Positions 44,285 to 53,978 of a DNA stretch of 64,000 nt are shown here, one piece after another. The notes beneath the pieces are model-generated. The model was given only the letters and a program-made list of their open reading frames with translations, had not been told where the DNA came from and did no database searches. Source of the stretch: Candidatus Eiseniibacteriota bacterium (GTDB taxonomy: Bacteria > Eisenbacteria > RBG-16-71-46); NCBI GenBank assembly GCA_038231135.1, contig JBBRLX010000003.1, positions 32,001 to 96,000 on the forward strand, read 5' to 3'. A program made the translations under genes and the position numbers. The number at the start of each line of letters is the position of its first letter. Position 1 is the stretch's first letter.

Positions 44285-46933
44285 ATGGAGTCCGCGCATC
44301 CTGGCGGGCAACGGCCGCGCCTCGATGTGAACGAATGGAGCCATGGGTTGCGTAAGACACCTCGCGTATTGCTTCTGACCCTCGGTTACGCCGCCACCGT
44401 CCAGGTTTCCTACCTGGCGGCATTGCTGCTGCGCTTCGAAGGTCAGATCCCGGCCAAGTACTGGCACGGTTACCTCGATATCTGGCTCATCTTAACGGCA
44501 CTGTCGCTGGCGTCGTTCTTCGTCGCCGGTCTGTATCACGGGGTGTGGCGCTACGCGAGCACGGTGACGCTGTTCCAGGTGTTCAAGGGCGTCACGCTGT
44601 CGGCCGCAGCACTCGCGCTGATCACCCTGTTCACGCCCGAGCCTCCATTCCCGCGCAGCATCATCGTCGTGGTGTGGCTGCTCGAGCTCGTGCTGCTCGG
44701 CGGCATGCGGTTCGCGTGGCGGCTGTCGCGCGAACGGGTGCTGGGACCCGAGCCGCTGCGCACGCTGCGCGCGATCGTGGTCGGCGCCGATCACGCGGGC
44801 GTGCACCTGATCCAGGAGATGCGCCGCGGCGACGCCTCGGGCGAACGGCTCACGCCCATCGGGTTCATCGACGACGAGTCGCGCCTCACCGGCAGCATGA
44901 TCGAGGGCGTGCGCGTGCTCGGCACCATCGCCGATCTGCCGAGCATCATCTCGGACCGCCACATCGAGATCGTCGTGATCTCCGATCCCGACATGCCGGG
45001 CAAGGTGGTGCGCGAGATCGCGAGCTTCTGCGCCGAGGCCAACGTCGGCGTCAAGACGCTGCCGGGACTGTCGGACCTCCAGAGCGGCAAGACCGCGCTG
45101 TCGCAGATCCGCGACGTGCGGATCGAGGACCTGCTCGGCCGCGAGCCGATCCAGCTCGACATGAACGAAGTCGGCGCGTTCCTGCGCGGCCAGCGGGTGC
45201 TCGTCACCGGCGCCGGCGGCTCGATCGGTGCCGAGCTGGCGCGCCAGGCCGCTGCGATCGGACCCTCCGAGCTGGTGCTGCTCGACCACGCCGAGAACGG
45301 TCTCTACTACGTGCAGCACGAGATCGCGGCGACGCATCCGGACCTGCCGCTGCGCGCGATCGTCGCCGATATCAAGGATTTCGAGGGCATCGAGCTGGCG
45401 TTCCAGCGCCACCGCCCGCAGGTGGTGTTCCACGCGGCGGCGCACAAGCACGTGCCACTGCTCGAGACCTCGCCGCGCGAGGCGGTGCTCAACAACATCG
45501 TGGGCACCCGCACGCTGGTCGACGCGGCCGAGCGGGCCGGCGTCAACAAGTTCGTGCTGATCTCGACCGACAAGGCCGTGAACCCGAGCAGCGTGATGGG
45601 CGCCTCGAAGCGCGTGTGCGAGATGATATTGCAGGCCCGGTCGCAGAAGAGCCGCACGCGCTTCATCGCGGTGCGATTCGGCAACGTGCTCGGCAGCGCG
45701 GGTTCGGTGATTCCGCTGTTCCAGCAGCAGATCCGCCGCGGCGGCCCGATCACGGTCACGCATCCCGAGACGCGCCGCTACTTCATGACGATTCCCGAAG
45801 CGGTACGACTGGTGATCCAGGCGGGCGCGATGGGCAAGGGCGGCGAAGTGCTGCTGCTCGACATGGGCGAGCAGGTGCGCATCGTGGACCTCGCGCGCCA
45901 GCTCATCCGGCTGTCCGGATTGCGCGAAGGCGACGACATCGAGATCGTCTATACCGGTCTGAGGCCGGGAGAGAAGCTGTTCGAGGAGCTGCACTCCGAC
46001 GCCGAGCGCATGCGCATGACCCGCCACGAGCGCATCCTGGTGTGGGATCTCGACGCCCGCGAGGAGGATGCGCTGCGCCGCGAGATCGGTGAGCTCGAGG
46101 AGGTCGCCCGGCGCGGCGAGCCGGTCGAGGTCAAGGACTGGCTGCACCGGATCGTGCCCGAATACCTGGAGCCGACCCACGAAGCGTACGAGCCCACGCC
46201 CGAGACGCCGGTCGTCGCGCTGCCCGCGGCCGTCGTGCCGCTGCGTTCGGCGCCCGAACGCACCACGTGGACCGACAGCCTGCGCACCGTGCTCGAAGGT
46301 GCGTTCGCGCTCGGCATGCTCGCGGTGTCGTCGCCGCTGTGGGCCCTGATGTGGCTCGAGTCCCGGCGGTTCGGGCAGGACGGCTTCCTGGTGCACGAGA
46401 CGCGCATGGGCAAGACGCGCCGGGTCGCACAGCGCCGGACGTTGCGCGACAAGGCGCAGATCGACCGGCGCAGCATCGAGCGGCGCACCCAGGACCTGAT
46501 GGGCGAGCCGATCCACTGCGCCCGGTTCCGCTCGGACCTCGGTCCGGTGAGCCGCTGGGTCTACCGCCATCGCCTGATCACGCTGCCGTACCTGATCAAC
46601 GTGATCCGTGGCGAGATGGCGCTGGTGGGACCGCGCCCCGAGCGCGAGGATCTGGTGCTGCGCTGGCGTGGTTCGATCGTGGAATACGAGCGCCGGTTCT
46701 GCGTGCTGCCGGGCGTCACCGGGCTCGCGCAGGTGTCCGGCTGCGGCGACGGCGATCTCGAGACCGTGAAGCGCCGCACGCAGTACGACCTCTACTACGT
46801 CGAGCACCACTCGCTGCTGCTCGACCTGCGCACGCTGTACCGCACGCTGTCGGTGCTCACCGGCCCCGCGCGTCCCGATCCCATGGCAGTGCCGCAAGAG
46901 GTGGAATCGGCGGCCGCCGGCGCGATGCGCTGA
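44285..46933 (+). CDS. CapD/PglF-type nucleotide-sugar 4,6-dehydratase fused to a C-terminal phosphoglycosyl-transferase-like domain
   Basis: Four N-terminal TMs, IEDLLGR, GAGGSIG, HAAAHKHVP, STDKAV, MGASK, RFGNVLGS, GLRPGEKL; C-terminal GEMALVGPRPE, PGVTGLAQV, YDLYYV. Confidence 0.9.
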   Translation: MESAHPGGQRPRLDVNEWSHGLRKTPRVLLLTLGYAATVQVSYLAALLLRFEGQIPAKYWHGYLDIWLILTALSLASFFVAGLYHGVWRYASTVTLFQVFKGVTLSAAALALITLFTPEPPFPRSIIVVVWLLELVLLGGMRFAWRLSRERVLGPEPLRTLRAIVVGADHAGVHLIQEMRRGDASGERLTPIGFIDDESRLTGSMIEGVRVLGTIADLPSIISDRHIEIVVISDPDMPGKVVREIASFCAEANVGVKTLPGLSDLQSGKTALSQIRDVRIEDLLGREPIQLDMNEVGAFLRGQRVLVTGAGGSIGAELARQAAAIGPSELVLLDHAENGLYYVQHEIAATHPDLPLRAIVADIKDFEGIELAFQRHRPQVVFHAAAHKHVPLLETSPREAVLNNIVGTRTLVDAAERAGVNKFVLISTDKAVNPSSVMGASKRVCEMILQARSQKSRTRFIAVRFGNVLGSAGSVIPLFQQQIRRGGPITVTHPETRRYFMTIPEAVRLVIQAGAMGKGGEVLLLDMGEQVRIVDLARQLIRLSGLREGDDIEIVYTGLRPGEKLFEELHSDAERMRMTRHERILVWDLDAREEDALRREIGELEEVARRGEPVEVKDWLHRIVPEYLEPTHEAYEPTPETPVVALPAAVVPLRSAPERTTWTDSLRTVLEGAFALGMLAVSSPLWALMWLESRRFGQDGFLVHETRMGKTRRVAQRRTLRDKAQIDRRSIERRTQDLMGEPIHCARFRSDLGPVSRWVYRHRLITLPYLINVIRGEMALVGPRPEREDLVLRWRGSIVEYERRFCVLPGVTGLAQVSGCGDGDLETVKRRTQYDLYYVEHHSLLLDLRTLYRTLSVLTGPARPDPMAVPQEVESAAAGAMR

Positions 46934-47227
46934 CCGCGGCACACGGATACGGCGATGATTCGGCGGGCGGGCTTCACGCCCGCCCGTCGCGTTTCATGTA
47001 CGCCCTGGCGCCGGCGCGACGTCGCCGGGCTCGAGATCCCGCTCAACCGCGGCCGCCAACGGGCCGATTCCTCCCGGGATGACCCCATTCGCCGGAGTGC
47101 AGCCGAGCGTGACGCGTCCGCTCCCGTCAGGGCCCCGCCCTGCCACGCTGCGGGCCCGCCCGCCCGCCGTGTGCCGTGTGGCGCGCGCAGGCGATTGGTT
47201 GGCACAGCAGGCCGGGAGAACGCGCTG

Positions 47228-48415
47228 ATGCGCGTGCTCCACGTCACCGACACGCTGCGGCGCTCGGGGGTCACCGCGCGCATCCTGGAGCAGATCCGGC
47301 ACGCCGGTCCGGGCGTGCAGAATTCGGTGTGCGCGCTCGCGGCCGCCGGGTCCGCGGCCGCGTCGCTCGAGGCCGCGGGCGCGACACTATGGCTGCCCGC
47401 CGCCGGCCGGGAGTGGTTCGACAGCCCGCTGGTCCAGGCGATGAAGCTCGTGGGGCTGCTCAGGCGGGAGCGGATCTCGGTGGTGCACGCACACGGCACG
47501 GGACCGGCGCTGGTGGCGACACTGGCGGCGGTGCGCGCGCGCGTGCCGGTCATTCTGCGCACCGAGCATGAGCCCGATCATCCCGACCGGCTGGGGGCGT
47601 TCCCGCCGCTGTTCGAATCGCTCGCCACGCGCTTCACGTCGAAGGTGCTGTGCACCTGCGAGGCGGTGCGGCTGTCGCATGCGGTGCGGATGCCGTGGGC
47701 CGGGGACCGGTTCGTCACCGTGCATGGCGGCGTGTCCGCGCCCGCGGTCGTCCGGCCGCGCGCCGCGGTGCGTGCCGAGCTCGGGTTGCTCGACAGCGAT
47801 CGCATGGTGCTGTGGGCCGGCAGCCTCGAGCCGTGGTCGGCGCCGCAGGTGCTGGTCGAGGCGTTCCGGCGGCTGTCGCGGCGCATGAGCGGCGTGCAGC
47901 TGATGATCGCGGGCGAGGGCAGCCGGCGGGCGGCTCTCGAACACGACATCGCCGAGATGGGACTCGCGGAGCACGTGCGGTTCCTCGGCGACCGCGAGGA
48001 CGTGGCGGACCTGATGGAGGCCGCCGACGTGTTCGCGCTCACGGCGCTCCGGGCCGGCCAGCCGGTGGCGCTGCTCGAGGCGATGCGGTCCGGGTGCCCG
48101 GTGGTGGCGACGCGCGTGGGTGGCGTGCCCGAGACGGTGGTGGACGGCGAAACCGGCTGGATCGTGCCGCCACTCGAGCCGGCGGCGACCGCGGACGCGG
48201 TGCTGAACGTGCTGCTCGACCGCGGCCGCGCCCGCGCGTTCTCCGCCGCGGCCCGGGATCGCTGGTCACGCGGCTTCACCGGCGAACGGATGGTGTCGGA
48301 CATCGAGCACCTGATGCGCGCGGAACTCGCGAGTGCCCGGGAGCAGGGCGCCCGCCGCGCCCGCGAGGACGCCGCCGCCTGGTCCGACGCCCCGGAACAC
48401 ACGACGCGAGTCTGA
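47228..48415 (+). CDS. Glycosyltransferase family 4 protein (degenerate motifs)
   Basis: MRVLHV, VVHAH, FLGDREDV, ADVF, LLEAM..G.PVVATRVGG.PE.V.DGETG. Confidence 0.85.
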   Translation: MRVLHVTDTLRRSGVTARILEQIRHAGPGVQNSVCALAAAGSAAASLEAAGATLWLPAAGREWFDSPLVQAMKLVGLLRRERISVVHAHGTGPALVATLAAVRARVPVILRTEHEPDHPDRLGAFPPLFESLATRFTSKVLCTCEAVRLSHAVRMPWAGDRFVTVHGGVSAPAVVRPRAAVRAELGLLDSDRMVLWAGSLEPWSAPQVLVEAFRRLSRRMSGVQLMIAGEGSRRAALEHDIAEMGLAEHVRFLGDREDVADLMEAADVFALTALRAGQPVALLEAMRSGCPVVATRVGGVPETVVDGETGWIVPPLEPAATADAVLNVLLDRGRARAFSAAARDRWSRGFTGERMVSDIEHLMRAELASAREQGARRAREDAAAWSDAPEHTTRV

Positions 48416-48498
48416 CGGGCCGTCACGACCGCGCCACCGCGCCGTGAGGCCGAGCCGGGCGGCTTGAAAAGCGGGGCCGTTCGCTGCAGGCTGCGCGA

Positions 48499-50664
48499 GT
48501 GGACCTCTCCTCATCCCCCATCCAGACCAGCATCGTACTCGCGAGCGCCCTGCTCGCGGGCGTGGTCGGCCTGCTCGCGACGCTCCGCCGCGGGCACTGG
48601 CTCACGACGCTCATATTCTCCTCGGCGTTCCTGTCGATGGCCGCCTTCCAGGCGGGCACGCTCGGCATCCTGAACGCGGAAACCGCCGGCGCCGCGCGCA
48701 TCTGGGCGATCTACCTGGCGCGCACCTCGGCGCTCGCGTCGTGGCTGTGGCTGTGCCTGAGCGTGGTGCTCGCGCGGTCCGATCCGTGGGCCCAGATCCG
48801 CAACGCGGCGGCCTATCTGGCGCTCGGCCTCGCCGGCTGCGTGGGCATGAGTCTGGCCGCGAATTCGACCTACGTGGTGCAGTCGGTCGAGGGGCTCGGC
48901 GGCGGGGCGACCATCGTGCTGGGCACCATGGGCAAGATCTACCTCACCTACCTCGTGGTGCTGCTGGTCGCGGTGCTGATGAACCTCGAGCGCATGCTGC
49001 GGGCGGCGCCCGCGACGTCGCAGCGCCGGCTGCGGCCGATGTTCGTGGCGTTCCTGGTCGGCATCCTGGCGAACCTGCTCGTGATCTCGGGCGGGCTGCT
49101 GTACAACGGGCTGCGAGTCACGTGGCTCGTGGCGTGCGCGGCGCCGATGTTCGTCGCCGGCGTGGTGGTGGCGCTCGCGCTCGCCCGCCAGCGGCTGTCG
49201 GACCTCAGCGTGCCGATGGCGCGGCCGGTGATCTACTACTCGTCGGTGTCGCTCACGCTGGCCGGCGCGTTCCTGCTCACGATGGCCGTGCTGTCGCGCA
49301 TCCTGCCGGTGCTGTCCCCGGAATGGAAGCGCGTGGTGAGCCTCGGCTTCTACCTGCTCGCGGGCGGCGGCGGGCTGCTCCTCACGTTCAGCCCGCGCTC
49401 GAACCGCTCGGTGAAACGGTTCATTGACCGGAACTTCTACGCCAACCGCTACGACTACCGGCGCGAGTGGGAGCGGGTGAGCAACTCGATCGCGCCCACG
49501 GCGCGCCCCGAGGACATCTGCCGCCAGGTCGAGCTGCTGGTGAGGCTGGTGTTCGATTCCGGCCGTGTCGCCGTGTACGTGCGCGACGACGACGAGCGCG
49601 GCGCGTTTCGCCGACTGCATGGCCCGGGGGGGATGCCGCACGAGATCGAGCCCGGGAATCCGCTGGTGCAGCACCTCCAGCAGACGCTCGAGCCGCTGAT
49701 GTTCCGCGACGTGGCGAACGACCTCGATCTGGTGCCGATCGGCGCCGAGAACCGCGAGGCGCTGCTGGCGCTGGACGCCGCCGTGGTCGCGCCGCTCGCG
49801 ATCGGGGAGCACCTGCTGGGGCTGCTGTGGCTGTCCGGCAAGCGCAGCGACGAGGACTACTCCACCGAGGATGTGGACTTCCTCGCCACCATGGCGCGCC
49901 AGCTCGCGGCCGCGCTGGGGTTCGCCCGCCAGGCCTCGGTGCTGGCCGAGAAGCGCCAGTTCGAATCGCTCGACCGGCTGTCGACCCACGTGCTCCACGA
50001 CATCAAGAACCACATCTCGGGGCTGTCGCTGGTGGTGGAGAACGCCCGGCGCCACATGGGCAATCCCGAGTTCCAGCGCGACGCGCTCGCGGTCGTGGAA
50101 CGCACGGTGTCCAATCTGCGGGAGCTGATGAGCCAGGTGGCGAGCGTGGCGCGAGTGCCCGAGATCCGCCTCGAACCCACGGCGGTCCCGGCGCTGCTGG
50201 AGGACGCCGCCGTCACGGCCGGCCTCGTGGTGGCCGAGCGCGACGGGATCGTGTTCCGCATGAGCTGCACGGTGGACCGTCCGGTGCGGCTCGATCGCGG
50301 GCAGATGCTGCGGGTGGTGTCGAACCTGCTCACGAATGCCCGCGAAGCGCTCGACCCCGCGGGCACGATCGAGCTGGACGCCGGCCTCGAGGCGGACGGC
50401 GCGCGCGGTCCCGACACGTTGCGCATCCAGGTGCGTGACACCGGTCGCGGAATGAGCGAGGATTTCGTCCGAACCTCGCTGTTCCGCCCGTTCGCCACCA
50501 CCAAGGCCAGCGGCCTCGGAATCGGCCTCGTGCAGTGCAAGAGCATCGTCGAGGCGCACGGTGGCGGCATCGCCGTCGAGAGCCGTCCGAGTCAGGGCAC
50601 CACATTCACCATCCGGGTGCCGGCCGATGCCCGTGCGCCGGCCGGGCCGGGAGACCACGAATGA
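48499..50664 (+). CDS. prsK: PEP-CTERM-system-type histidine kinase
   Basis: Multi-TM N-terminus, LMNLE, FYANRYDYRREW, GAF domain, HDIKN H-box, NLLTNA, DTGRGM, LFRPFATTK, GLGIGL. Confidence 0.85.
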   Translation: MDLSSSPIQTSIVLASALLAGVVGLLATLRRGHWLTTLIFSSAFLSMAAFQAGTLGILNAETAGAARIWAIYLARTSALASWLWLCLSVVLARSDPWAQIRNAAAYLALGLAGCVGMSLAANSTYVVQSVEGLGGGATIVLGTMGKIYLTYLVVLLVAVLMNLERMLRAAPATSQRRLRPMFVAFLVGILANLLVISGGLLYNGLRVTWLVACAAPMFVAGVVVALALARQRLSDLSVPMARPVIYYSSVSLTLAGAFLLTMAVLSRILPVLSPEWKRVVSLGFYLLAGGGGLLLTFSPRSNRSVKRFIDRNFYANRYDYRREWERVSNSIAPTARPEDICRQVELLVRLVFDSGRVAVYVRDDDERGAFRRLHGPGGMPHEIEPGNPLVQHLQQTLEPLMFRDVANDLDLVPIGAENREALLALDAAVVAPLAIGEHLLGLLWLSGKRSDEDYSTEDVDFLATMARQLAAALGFARQASVLAEKRQFESLDRLSTHVLHDIKNHISGLSLVVENARRHMGNPEFQRDALAVVERTVSNLRELMSQVASVARVPEIRLEPTAVPALLEDAAVTAGLVVAERDGIVFRMSCTVDRPVRLDRGQMLRVVSNLLTNAREALDPAGTIELDAGLEADGARGPDTLRIQVRDTGRGMSEDFVRTSLFRPFATTKASGLGIGLVQCKSIVEAHGGGIAVESRPSQGTTFTIRVPADARAPAGPGDHE

Positions 50665-52046
50665 GCCGCGACAAGATCCTCATCGTCGAAGACGAGGAAT
50701 CGATCCGCAACCAGCTGAGCTGGGGGCTGGCGGACGAATACGACATCCTGTGCGCTGCGGATGCCGAGGAGGCGCGGCGGCTGCTGCGCACCGAGCAACC
50801 CAGTCTCGTCACGCTCGACGTGGCGCTCGGCGGCCCGGGCCGGCCCGGCGACGAGGGCCTCGAGCTGCTCGACGAGATCGTCGACCAGCACCCCAACGTG
50901 AAGGTGGTGATGGTGACCGGCAACACCAACCGCGAGAACGCGCTGCTCGCGATCCGCCGCGGCGCGGTGGACTGGTACGGCAAGCCGATCGAGCTGGCCG
51001 AGCTGCGCAGCATCCTCAAGCGCGCGCTGCACATCCGCGCGATCGAGCAGGCCGAGGCGTTTCCCGCCGGCGGGCGCAAGCGCTACCACCGGCTGATCGG
51101 CGAATCGGAACCGATGCGCAAGGTGTTCGCGCTGGTCCAGCGCGTGGCCGCCACCGACGCCACCGTGCTGGTGGTGGGGGAGAACGGCACCGGCAAGGAG
51201 TTGATCGCCCACGCGATCCACGACGCCAGCCCCAGGCGCGGCGGCCCGTTCGTGCCGATCAATTGCGGCGCGATTCCCGAGACGCTGATCGAGAGCGAGC
51301 TGTTCGGCCACGAGCGCGGCGCGTTCACCGACGCCCACCGGCAGCGCGACGGCAAGCTCGAGCTGGCGGCGGGCGGCACCGTGTTCCTCGACGAGATCGG
51401 CGACCTGCCGGCCCACGTGCAGGTGAAGCTGCTGCGGTTCCTCCAGGACCACAAGGTGGAGCGCGTCGGTGGCCGCGAGATGATGACGATCGACGTGCGC
51501 GTGGTGGCCGCCACGAATCGCGACCTGGTGGCGGCCATGGCGAACGGCGGATTCCGCGAGGACCTGTTCTACCGGCTGAGCGTCGTCCAGATCAAGGCGC
51601 CGCCGCTGCGGGACCGCGACGACGACATGCTCATCCTCGCCGACTACTTCGTCGAGTTCTACGCCCGGCACCACAAGCGCCGCATCCGCGGGTTCACACA
51701 GTCGGCGCGCCGCGCGCTGCTGGCGCACGCGTGGCCCGGCAACGTGCGCGAACTCGAGAACCGCGTGCAGCGCGCGGTGATCCTGGCGCAGGACGCCTAC
51801 CTGAGGCCCGAGGACCTCGAGCTCGAGGGCGAGCGTCCGAAGTCGGCCCGCACGCTGCAGGACGCGCGCGAGGTGGCGGAGAAGGAGACACTCATCGAGG
51901 CGCTGCTGCGGAACGCCGGCAACATCACGCGCGCGGCGCGCGACATCGACGTGAGCCGGCCGACGTTCCACGACCTGCTGCGCAAGCATGCGATCGACGC
52001 GACGCGCTACCGGCGGCCGGGCGCACCGGCCACGGAGGACGAGTGA
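50661..52046 (+). CDS. prsR: PEP-CTERM-box-type sigma54-dependent response regulator
   Basis: Receiver domain (LIVEDE, QLSW, VTLDVAL), GENGTGKE, ESELFGHERGAFTDA, FREDLFYRL, WPGNVRELEN, Fis HTH; ATGA overlap with the kinase. Confidence 0.85.
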   Translation: MSRDKILIVEDEESIRNQLSWGLADEYDILCAADAEEARRLLRTEQPSLVTLDVALGGPGRPGDEGLELLDEIVDQHPNVKVVMVTGNTNRENALLAIRRGAVDWYGKPIELAELRSILKRALHIRAIEQAEAFPAGGRKRYHRLIGESEPMRKVFALVQRVAATDATVLVVGENGTGKELIAHAIHDASPRRGGPFVPINCGAIPETLIESELFGHERGAFTDAHRQRDGKLELAAGGTVFLDEIGDLPAHVQVKLLRFLQDHKVERVGGREMMTIDVRVVAATNRDLVAAMANGGFREDLFYRLSVVQIKAPPLRDRDDDMLILADYFVEFYARHHKRRIRGFTQSARRALLAHAWPGNVRELENRVQRAVILAQDAYLRPEDLELEGERPKSARTLQDAREVAEKETLIEALLRNAGNITRAARDIDVSRPTFHDLLRKHAIDATRYRRPGAPATEDE

Positions 52047-52074
52047 CGGCGGCCGCGCCGCGGCCAGGGCGCGC

Positions 52075-52734
52075 GTGAGCGTGAGCCCGGGCGCGCCGTC
52101 GGGGTACTTCCTCGCGGTGGCGGGGAACATCGGCGTCGGCAAGACCGAACTGACGCTGCGGCTGAGCGAGGAGCTGGGCTGGAGCGCGTTCTTCGAGCCC
52201 GTGATCCAGAATCCCTACCTGGACGCGTTCTACGACAACATGGCGCGGTGGAGCTTCCACCTGCAGATCTACTTCCTGAGCGAGCGGTTCAAGTCCCAGG
52301 TCGAGATCGGCCGCGGTGCCCGGCCGTTCATCCAGGACCGCACGATCTACGAGGACGCCGAGATCTTTGCGCGCACGCTCCACGATCAGGGGTCGATGAC
52401 CGACGTGGATTACCAGAACTACGTCGCGCTGTTCCACGTGCTCATGGACTACCTGAGAAAGCCGGACGTGATCCTGTACCTGCGCGCGACCCCCGCCGAG
52501 CTGATGAAGCGCATCGCGAAGCGCGGCCGCCCGAGCGAGCAGACGATCACGATCGACTACATCGCGCGCCTCAATCACGCGTACGACGACTGGATGCGCC
52601 GTGCCCGCGCCGACTACGAGGTGCTCGAGATCGACACCGACACGGTGCCCCTGCAGGGCGACACCCCGGCGTTCCGGAAACTGGTGGACGAGCTCAAGCG
52701 ACGGTATCCGCGCCAGTCCGAATTGCAGCTATGA
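52075..52734 (+). CDS. Deoxynucleoside kinase
   Basis: AGNIGVGKT, EPV..NPYL..FY, FHLQIYFL..RF, QDRTIYED, RIAKRGR; GTG start inferred. Confidence 0.9.
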   Translation: MSVSPGAPSGYFLAVAGNIGVGKTELTLRLSEELGWSAFFEPVIQNPYLDAFYDNMARWSFHLQIYFLSERFKSQVEIGRGARPFIQDRTIYEDAEIFARTLHDQGSMTDVDYQNYVALFHVLMDYLRKPDVILYLRATPAELMKRIAKRGRPSEQTITIDYIARLNHAYDDWMRRARADYEVLEIDTDTVPLQGDTPAFRKLVDELKRRYPRQSELQL

Positions 52735-52735
52735 G

Positions 52736-53968
52736 TTAGACCTCGCGCCAGGCCAGCATGAACATGCCGCCGCCGAGCTTGCTCAGCTCGCTCTTGATGA
52801 CGTCCGAGCTGTACAGGATCGTCATGCCGCCGTTGATCTTGCCGCCCGAGCTGCCCTTGGACACGACGCCGCCGATGATCCAGGCGTGGCCGTTCATCGA
52901 GATGTCGCCCTCGCAGTAGAGCAGGCCGCGAAACACGGATCCTGCGTTCATGCCCATGCTGCCGTCCGCGTAGACCAGGCCGCTGCGCGTGCCGCTGAGG
53001 CTCCAGCTTCCCGAGTTGTTCTGGGCGACGCCGTCGTTGTCGAGGTAAACCAGCGCGCTGGTCGCGGCCGGGAACGTGTTCGAGGGTGCCCCGATCCAGC
53101 TGTAGAACGCCGCCTGGCTCATGCCCAGCGTTTCCCACGGGCCGGCTGGGAATCCGGCGCCCTGGACGATGCCGGCCGGCGATCCGCTCTGGGTGCTCGC
53201 GCCGCCACCGCCGATCGGCACGGTGCCCCATACTCCGGGCAGCGGGTTGGCGACGTGGTACGCCACGCATGCCGCGGGCGCGCTGGTGTCGTTCGGGGTA
53301 TTGAGATCGTGATTGAAGCCGCAGATGTCGCCGTTGCCGTTCAGCTTGATGTCGGTGTCCGTCTCGACGCTGCCCTTGACGGTCGCGATGATGTTGAGCT
53401 GGACCACCTCGGCATGGACGTGCTTCGACACGTTGCCGGCCTTGCCGACGACGTCGATCGTGAAGATCGGGTCGCCGGTCGCCGTCTGCTCCGGCGGCGA
53501 CTTGGTCTTGTCGTACTTGTAGATCAGCGTGCGGGCGGCGTTGGTCTTGTACTTGATCGTGAGCACGTCCGTGACGCCGGTGGAAATGAACGTGGTCGCC
53601 TTCGCGGTATTGCTGTACGCGAGGTACGCGCCCGCCGGCTGGCCGGTCGCGAGCGCCAGCGAATCGACGCCGAGCACCGGAACCGAGCCCAGCGGCTGCA
53701 GGAAGATCTGTGTCACCTTGCGCGGGTTGCCGTCGTCGACCACGTCGCCGTTGCGGATGCGCGCCATGGCCTCCGTCACGCCCGCCTCGGCGGTGTTCAG
53801 CGCCTCGACCTGCCGCACGCTGTAGCCGGTGAGCTTGGTCTCGGAGTTGAGCGACGACATCATGACGACCGCGACCGCCGACATCACGAGCAGCACCAGC
53901 AGTGCGATGATCAGCGCGACGCCGCGCTCGCTACGATGATGCGAAGGAATCGATGCATTCGGTTTCAT
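52736..53968 (-). CDS. PilX-like minor pilin
   Basis: ERG|VALIIALLVLLV (no Glu5, as in PilX), ALNTAEAGV, beta-rich C-terminus. Confidence 0.8.
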   Translation of the reverse strand: MKPNASIPSHHRSERGVALIIALLVLLVMSAVAVVMMSSLNSETKLTGYSVRQVEALNTAEAGVTEAMARIRNGDVVDDGNPRKVTQIFLQPLGSVPVLGVDSLALATGQPAGAYLAYSNTAKATTFISTGVTDVLTIKYKTNAARTLIYKYDKTKSPPEQTATGDPIFTIDVVGKAGNVSKHVHAEVVQLNIIATVKGSVETDTDIKLNGNGDICGFNHDLNTPNDTSAPAACVAYHVANPLPGVWGTVPIGGGGASTQSGSPAGIVQGAGFPAGPWETLGMSQAAFYSWIGAPSNTFPAATSALVYLDNDGVAQNNSGSWSLSGTRSGLVYADGSMGMNAGSVFRGLLYCEGDISMNGHAWIIGGVVSKGSSGGKINGGMTILYSSDVIKSELSKLGGGMFMLAWREV

Positions 53969-53978
53969 GGATGGGCTC

